Virus record (IMG/VR): IMGVR_UViG_3300020048_000118
Reading direction: 5' to 3' (one strand)
DNA from: an uncultured virus (IMG/VR IMGVR_UViG_3300020048_000118)
Lineage: Duplodnaviria; Heunggongvirae; Uroviricota; Caudoviricetes; Crassvirales
DNA length: 64,000 bases
The notes beneath the pieces were generated by a model that was not told the DNA's origin, ran no database searches, and saw only the letters and a list, made by a program, of their open reading frames with translations. Position 1 is the stretch's first letter, and every line of letters begins with the position of its first letter. The position numbers and the translations under genes were made by a program. Positions 9,753 to 17,600 of this stretch are shown here, in pieces.

Positions 9753-10351
9753 TCCAGTTTTTATGTAAATAAACTGGACATTACTCGGTAATTATCCGTA
9801 TAACCTGCCAAAACTTGACAACAAAACGAGTTTTGGCGGAATATACGTTCATTAGTGCAGCAAAATGCATATAATGATGTATAAATCAGACAAATTATAC
9901 CCGAACGCATATAAAGTGTCTTATATAGCACAAATTCGTACCCTTTTGGGTGTCTTAAAGGACATTATTGTACAATAATTGCACATTATAATGGTTAAAT
10001 GTGACCAAAATAGCACAAATTGCACATTATAATGGTTATTTTTCACAAAAATGGCAAATAAGGATTTTGCACAAGGTATTGCTTTTCGCTACTTTGTGCA
10101 TATATTTGCATCGAAAGTCCCCGCCTGCATACCGTAAGATCTGCTCGTGGGGCTTTTTCTTTTTTCCCCGAACTTTTCCCCGAACTTTTCCCCGAACTAT
10201 AATGCGGCAGAATTACTCACAATTGCCAGTAAATAGAAATAGTGGCAAATGTTTGCGTACAATTTGTTGATAACTCAGGACATAGTCTGATTATCTTTGC
10301 CTTGTTCATATCTCGTTGGGTAACATTGGGGTTTGGAATTTTCCGGCCCCA
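9752..10351. repeat. Non-coding array of many different short inverted repeats/palindromes plus short direct and tandem repeats
   Basis: e.g. GTCCAGTTT-N10-AAACTGGAC (9752-9779), perfect ATTATTGTACAATAAT (9964-9979), 21-nt direct repeat AATTGCACATTATAATGGTTA (9977, 10018), (TTTTCCCCGAAC)x3 (10162-10197). Confidence 0.8.
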
Positions 10352-10365
10352 TTGTTTTAAATACC

Positions 10366-10551
10366 ATGAAACCAGAACATAAAAACATATCTAATTACGT
10401 CAACTCGGTTATGGATGAGTTGAACAGCCTGTCTACAGACCTCTACGAGGCTATGATGGACCAGGAAAACAAGGAAGTGAAGAAGATTGTTGAGGCTATG
10501 ATACCTTTGTTAAAGGATATTCAAGCGACCCACACAAATGAAATCATATAA
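10366..10551 (+). CDS. Hypothetical helical protein
   Basis: ATG 10366 after TATCTTTG (10292-10299); overlaps next gene. Confidence 0.6.
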   Translation: MKPEHKNISNYVNSVMDELNSLSTDLYEAMMDQENKEVKKIVEAMIPLLKDIQATHTNEII

Positions 10552-11650
10552 ACAAGAGGCTGTTGAGCTTTTTGCCGAAGGCAAACTCAATAAGACCCAG
10601 ATTGCTAAGTCCCTAAAGGACAAGTACAATCTGCCGATGTCTGAAGAGACAGTGAGGAAAGAGGTATGCAGACAAATCACCAAGCACAGAGCCTTGGTTG
10701 AAGAGTGCAACGTAATAGGAGTTCCCGTTGACAAGGTAAAGTATTACTGGCACAAGGGAAAGAACTTCTCTATGAACGTAAAGGGAGACGCTGCCCCATC
10801 TTACGAGGAGATCAGAGATGATATCATCGATCAGATGAAGTCTTACTCTCCGCAATACCAACACATCCACAGAAGTCAAAGTAAGGACGGGCACCTACTA
10901 GTGATCGATCCTGCAGACATTCACATTGGAAAGCTCGCTAGCTCTTTTGAGACAGGCGAGGACTACAATAACCAAATTGCTGTCCAAAGAGTCAGAGAGG
11001 GAGTCAAGGGAATCCTAGACAAGACCGCTGGATTCAATATTGATAAGATCTTATTTATTGCTGGAAACGATATCCTGCACATCGACACGCCAAGGAGGAC
11101 CACTACGTCTGGTACGTTTCAGGACACCGATGGAATGTGGTACGATAACTTCTTGATCGCCAAGCAGCTTTACATTGAGATACTCGAGATGCTGGTAACG
11201 GTTGCAGATGTACACTTCTGCTTCAATCCGTCTAACCACGATTACACTAATGGATTCTTTTTGGCCGACACGATTCAGTCATGGTTCTCAAAGTGCGATA
11301 ACATTACCTTCGACTGCTCTATAGCACACAGAAAGTATTACACGTACGGTACCAATATGATTGGATCTACACATGGAGATGGTGCCAAGGCACAGGACTT
11401 GCCATTGCTTATGGCTCAAGAGTCACCGATGTCATGGTCACAGACCAAGCATCGCTATGTGTATACACACCACGTACACCACAAGACGTCTAAGGACTAC
11501 ATCGGTGTCACTGTGGAGAGTCTTCGATCACCGTCTGGAACAGATAGCTGGCACCACAGAAATGGTTACACCGGCTCACCCAAGGCGGTGGAAGGCTTCC
11601 TCCACCACCCCGAGCACGGGCAGGTCGCTAGAATCACTCACTTGTTCTAG
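10538..11650 (+). CDS. Calcineurin-like metallophosphoesterase with N-terminal HTH-like region
   Basis: DIHIG, GND, SNHD, HGD, HHVHH metal-binding motifs. Confidence 0.8.
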   Translation: MKSYKQEAVELFAEGKLNKTQIAKSLKDKYNLPMSEETVRKEVCRQITKHRALVEECNVIGVPVDKVKYYWHKGKNFSMNVKGDAAPSYEEIRDDIIDQMKSYSPQYQHIHRSQSKDGHLLVIDPADIHIGKLASSFETGEDYNNQIAVQRVREGVKGILDKTAGFNIDKILFIAGNDILHIDTPRRTTTSGTFQDTDGMWYDNFLIAKQLYIEILEMLVTVADVHFCFNPSNHDYTNGFFLADTIQSWFSKCDNITFDCSIAHRKYYTYGTNMIGSTHGDGAKAQDLPLLMAQESPMSWSQTKHRYVYTHHVHHKTSKDYIGVTVESLRSPSGTDSWHHRNGYTGSPKAVEGFLHHPEHGQVARITHLF

Positions 11651-14600
11651 TCCTCGTCTACCTGCTCTGCTCTTTTCTGAATCTTCTTGTTCATTATGTT
11701 GACGATGTTCGCCATGTCTGATGGTAACATACCTCCATAATAAGCAGTCATAATAACAGCATTCATTCTAGCTATATCAAGGTCCTCTTCCATGAGGGCC
11801 TTTTTTACTTTATTGCCGTTGTACTCTTTGGTGAACTCACCATCGATAGCAGCGTCATAGTATTCGATTAGCTCAAGAGCCTTCTCTGCCGCGATACCCT
11901 GTGTGCCAAGCATATCTAAGTAACCTTGGTTCATCTTGTCGTACAGCCTGAACTTCTGCTCCTCGTCCTCGATACCGTACCACTTGTATGGCAACTCGTC
12001 AGATAGGCCCGTCTCGTCTAAAAGGTAATTGACACCCTTGCTAGCTAAGATGTCCATTCCCGGGATCGGTGGCAAGAAGAAGTCCTTCATGAATGCCTGA
12101 GCAGTGGATTGAGACTGTCTCATCTTTCTGATCTTCTTTTCCTCTTCGTCCTCATCTTCGCCCATGATGGCAGCGGCTACTAAATTGTAAAGCTCCTTGA
12201 ACGCAAGCACTATGCCCTGGAATGCTACTAACTCGATCAATGCTCCAGACAAAGACTTAGCCGCCTCTACCTTGTCATCTTTTGACGACACGTCATTTGA
12301 AAGGGTTCTTACGTCAGACCATATACGAGTCTTTTGGTTTAAGGTAAATGTCATCAACGGAAGGATAGCACGTCTCAAGAACACGGTAGCTGGCTGCTTG
12401 CTAGCAAAGATCTCGCCCTGCATGTCAGTGTCACTGATATTCTGCTGAGAGTCGACCATTGCCTGTGCGTAGTCGGCCGCACCTTTGTTTAGCTCGTGAG
12501 TATTGAAGTCTATTCCAGAGATATTTACACCATCCTTCTTCAACTTGCTCAAGTAAAAAGAAAGCCAAGAGGCACGTGCAGCAAAAATATCCGGATTCTT
12601 AAGTGTAATTTCAAGAGTCTTATTGCTAAATTCCGCAACACCATCTAGTCCACGCATGGCCAAGTTCTTCTCAGCCTCTACCAACTGTCTGTTGATAGAC
12701 TTAAGTTCACCCTGAGATGCAACACCACGGTTAGCAATAGGATAACCAGAGCTGTCGATAAAGCCCATTCCGCCATTGTACAGCAACTTGTTTAAGTCAA
12801 ACCTACCTGTCTGAACAAAAGTGTTTATCATTGGAGGAAAGAACTGCTTAAATGGCTGTGACACACTGAACAATGCCTTAGCAACACCAAATGATGCAAT
12901 GGTATTGATTGTTCTATTTATCTTTGCAAGCTCGGTCTGGTCCACATAAGACCCACCTTTTACACGGCTAACGTACGTGATTAGTCTCTTCTTATAAAGG
13001 TTTTTGTCGTTCTTGTTTGAGAAAAGCTTTGAGAAGTTTTTAGATGTCACAAAGCCTTTCAGCTGCATCACAGAGCTAGCAGTCTCTACGTCTACCATTG
13101 CACTTGTTAGTGCGTTAACGTTGTTCACGTCAAAGTCAAGGTTAACGATACGCTTTCTAACACCATTCTTGTCCTTTGGAAGGGTCTTGATACGGTTGTT
13201 TTGACGAAGCGATCCAGACTTAGATGTGTCAACATACTCAAAGTTTCCAAAGAAACCAGAATCAAAGTCTTCCTCTACCGCTGTTGGCGCCTCTTTCATT
13301 TGGAACCTGTCAGGAGTATAGTTTATGTCTCTAGACAATTGTGTGTTGTATACGTTTCTAGAAACCTCATCGATCCTGTCAAAATTCTCAGACCACTTTT
13401 TAGTCCACCAGTTTACAGCGTCTTGGTTAATTTTACTTACATTTTTCTTTACATCATCAATATTCTTGGCATCCTTCAATACCTTGTCGTACACCTTTTG
13501 GATGACTTCGCCCTTCTTGATCTCTGCGTCTGTATTGTTGTCTACGTCTTTTAGCGCCTGGATTGTCTCCTCGATGAGTGTTTTGCGCCTATTAAATTCG
13601 TCTTGCGCCTGGAATTCATCGCCGATCACGTTTCTAGACATAAATGCAAGCATACCACGCTCGACAACATTTTCACTTGACAAGAAGTCCTTGGTCTTTG
13701 AGAACAGCTTTACGTACTGTTTAACGGCCGTATCAACCATCTTTAAGGCCTTGGCCTTACCATTTGACACTCCGTTTATTCCAGCCTTCTCAGATACCAT
13801 TATAGCACGTCTTGTGTTACCCCATAGCAACTTGTTAAGCATTGGAAGTGTTGCAAACCCTTCTCCCCAAACTCTCCCAACCAACTTAGAGAAGTACTTG
13901 CTTAGTGGGATAGACTTGATGCCATCATCAACTAGTTCTCCGGCATTTAATCCTCCTTGGTAAATACTTACCATTCCATCGATACCAGAGGTGATGCCAT
14001 TTGCAACAAAGTTGTTTGCATACTCAAGGACCTGCAATGCCTCTGACAATGAAAGACTGTCGGTGTCCATCTTGGTCAATGCGATCAATGACTTCTTCTC
14101 GTCCTGTGTAAGTGTGATAGGCTCGCCCGTGAACGGATCTTCTCCGGTCTTAACGATCTGCACAATCAATGGAGATACCTCGGCCATCATGTCCTTGACA
14201 GCGGCCTTGGCCTTCTCTTCTTTGGCAACAGACTCGTTGTCATTCTCCTCGATCGCGGCTATTACCTTCTTGATTTCGTTGATGGTCATGTCGCTTGACA
14301 ATACACCAGCGTCAACCAATTCCTTGTACTTGTCTAGTAGCTCGTTCTTAATCTGCTCTCTTTGAGATTCTATTTCTGTCTCAATATAAGATGCCATATC
14401 AGCAGCGTTAACAAGGCTACGCATCAATGGGTCTCCAGTCTTTCTGGCCACTGCGTTTAGCATCTGTGTTGCGTTGTTGATATAGTCGTCAATGTTCTCT
14501 ACACGAGACGGGTCGATGTCTCCAAAGTCCTTGGCAAGCTTAGCTATCTCTGCTTGGTTTGCCGGTGACTTCATGGCCTTCTTGATAGACGCTCTAAGCT

Positions 14601-17600
14601 TTGACGCTTCCTTGATCTTGTCCATGTACTCGGCGCTTTGGAATACCCTAGACATGTAATCAACAAAACGGTCACGCATTACAGGGTTCAAGATATTCAT
14701 CTTGTCGTATCGAGAGATAATGGCAGTTGCCTGTCTAGCAGACATCATACCACGGCCAACCATAGACTTCAACCTACCAGAGATGTCCATGCGGAGCTGC
14801 TTTACAAAGGCTGCAGAGTCCTTGGCTGCCTTGGCCTCCAACTTGATCTGATCCTTCAATGCTGTGCTCTCTTTTACGGTAACCTGCTTCACGTCCTTTA
14901 TCTGGCCCATGATCTTGGCTACGGATGGAGCGGTCTTAAACTTCTCTCCTCTGATCTTCTTGAAGTCACGGATGATCTGCTCACGCTGAGAGTCGTCTGC
15001 TTTTTCATAAACAGATGACTTCTGAATGTAGTCAACTGCGTTAGCGCTTGTTTGATTATAAGACCTGCCTCTGTTGATGCTCTTGTCCATGATACCCTCG
15101 ACCTCGTTCATCATTCTGTCGTATCCAGGGATGGTCTTTACCTCTACCTTCTGAGAGCGAGTTGTAACAGACGGCTTGGCCTTCTCGATCATTGTGATCT
15201 TGTAGCTTGTATATGGTGACAACGTGAACTTGCCCGTATCAAATCTTCCGAAGTCGTTTTGGGATTCATACGAAAGGACGTCCCCATCAACAGCTACAAT
15301 AGTAGCATATCTTCCATACAAGAAGACTTCATCGCCTACCTCAAATACCACGGGCTCTGGCTTCTTGAAACCAGTATACTCTGCCTCTGGCTTTAATGCC
15401 TTGGTAGTCTGCGCACGGTAACTATTAGGGCCTCCCCAGTTTGTAACTAGCATGTCGTACCCATTCTCTCCGGCAACCTTGGTCACCCAAGCTGCAGAGT
15501 TGTTTGCGTCAAACGCATACTTTGTTGGCCTGTCCTCGTTTCCACGGTTCCTATAGGCCTGGAATCTTTGTCTTGCCTCTTCCTCGAATCCTTCTGGATC
15601 GTGAGATACTTTTCCTTTTTCTGTGCTTCCGTAGAAGTATACCTTGTCCTTTGGAACTAGAACTGTGTGTGCAACATTCCCAACACCGCTCTCTTTCTGG
15701 CCGGCCTTTGTGTAGTACATCGCAACACCACCTACGGCAGATATCGCAGATACCTCTTCACGGCTTGTGAAGTTGCTCTTAGATCCTGACATTGGCTTGA
15801 TCACGTCTCTATTCTCGTCAGAGTAGTGAACGAAAAGGTAGTTGCCCTTGCCGTCATCGGTAAGAACCTCGTCTACTACTTTTGGTACATTCTTCTGTGA
15901 GCGTGATTCCACTACCTTGGTCTCTAGATCTAAGCCTGGCTCAAGCTTCTTTGCGGTCTTCATGAAACCTTCTGAGGCGTAAGATGCCTTTTCTATAGCA
16001 CCCATCTTCTCATAAAGTCTTTTCTCAAAGTCCCACATTCTTTCTTGAACGTCAGACGGGCTAATATTTAATTTCTTAGCAACTGATTCCCAAGCCTGAT
16101 CTGCAAGTTTTCTTTTCTTCACACCAGCAACAGTGCCAGCTGCCCATGGGTCTGTCATGGCCTTGCCATCTTTTGTCAATGGCTCGCCAACTAGTCTTGC
16201 CATTGTTCTGGCGTACCACATGTCCTTGGTAACCGTAGAGTACTCTCCGATTCGGTTAAGGATATAAGAGCCTAGCTTGGCTCCAGTAAATCCAAAGATA
16301 CCAAAACCACCGTCTTCCTTGCTCAAGTTCTCGTGAGGAGTAAGAGCCTTAGTCCCTTTTAATGGAGTACCCATTACTTCGGATATCTCTTCGTAAGAGT
16401 GGATAGATGTCATCCATTCCATAGCCTTTTCAACATCTCCTTCAAAATGAGATATCATGGCCTTCATTTTATTCAAAGAAGGTACAGCGTAGTGCATTGA
16501 GACTTGAGAGTAAATAGGATTTCCCTCTTTGTCAAACTTTAATTTACCTGTATCTACTTTCTTTCCTTTGTCGTTTAATTCATATATAGTAGCTTGCTTG
16601 TCAGCATAACCAGATAGTTTATTTACATCTGGCTTTCCACCATTCATGTACTTGTCGAATATCTCAAGACCCTTACTAGAGTCAAACATAGGATCTGCCT
16701 GTGGAGATGCAAATCCGCTGACAGCATGGTAAAGAGTTACCTCGCCTGGAGTCAACATCCTTCCGTATCTAGCCTCTGCGAATTTTTGCAATTTAGGATT
16801 AAGGCGATCTACGATATCTCCAACATAGAAGCTTACGTAGTCCTGACCACGAACGCCATCCCAAGCTGCCAACTCTTTCAATGTATGAGACTCGAGTTTC
16901 TTTACAAACTCTTGATCAGATACATCCTTTATGTCTTTTGCAAATATTTTATTCTTCTTAGACCAACCCTCAAGCCAATTGGCTATCTCTGGAAGGGTCT
17001 TGAATGTAGGTACCTTTTCTTCTCCTGTAAATATTTTCTCGGCCTGCTTTCTAGATGTCACGCCTTCCTTTGCCTTTGCCTTCTCTCCTTTTCTAAAGAA
17101 GCTTGACACGTCCTCTCCCTTAGCAACCTTCTCAGAGATGGTCACCATGAACCCAAGGATGTCCTCTGGGGTGGCCTGATCTAAGAACTGCTTCTTGCCA
17201 GTGAACAACTCAGCAAACTTGTTGATGATGTCACCGATCTTCTGTAGCAATGTCTTTTGTTGAGCCGTTAGTGGTCCCTTTCCGAAACCAGCTTCTACCA
17301 ACATACCTCCAAGCTCAGCCATGTACTCCGAGTATTTTACGGCTTCGTATCCCTTCTGGCTAGCAAATGCGTCCAACGCATCAGCGATATCAGCAAACCC
17401 TTGAGCCCTTAGTTGAGAGTCAATGCCCGCTGTAAACTCCTTGAACTTAGCTTGGTCGTTACCGAACGCATCGTTCAGCATTACTTCCCATGCCTCGTGT
17501 CCTGCGGTACGGCTATCTGCAGTAGTCTTGTCGAATACCACAGCGAACGGCTTTCCGTCAACAAAGATCGTCTGACCCTTGGTGCCGGTAGCAAATTCTT

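Noticed and set aside
10001..10270. 89-aa ORF from the track
   Set aside because: GTG start, runs through the tandem repeat (FPRTFPRTFPRT) and a T-tract hairpin; likely spurious
9752..10351. CRISPR array
   Set aside because: No constant repeat with regular spacers; only one 21-nt duplicate and a 12-bp triple repeat; no cas genes
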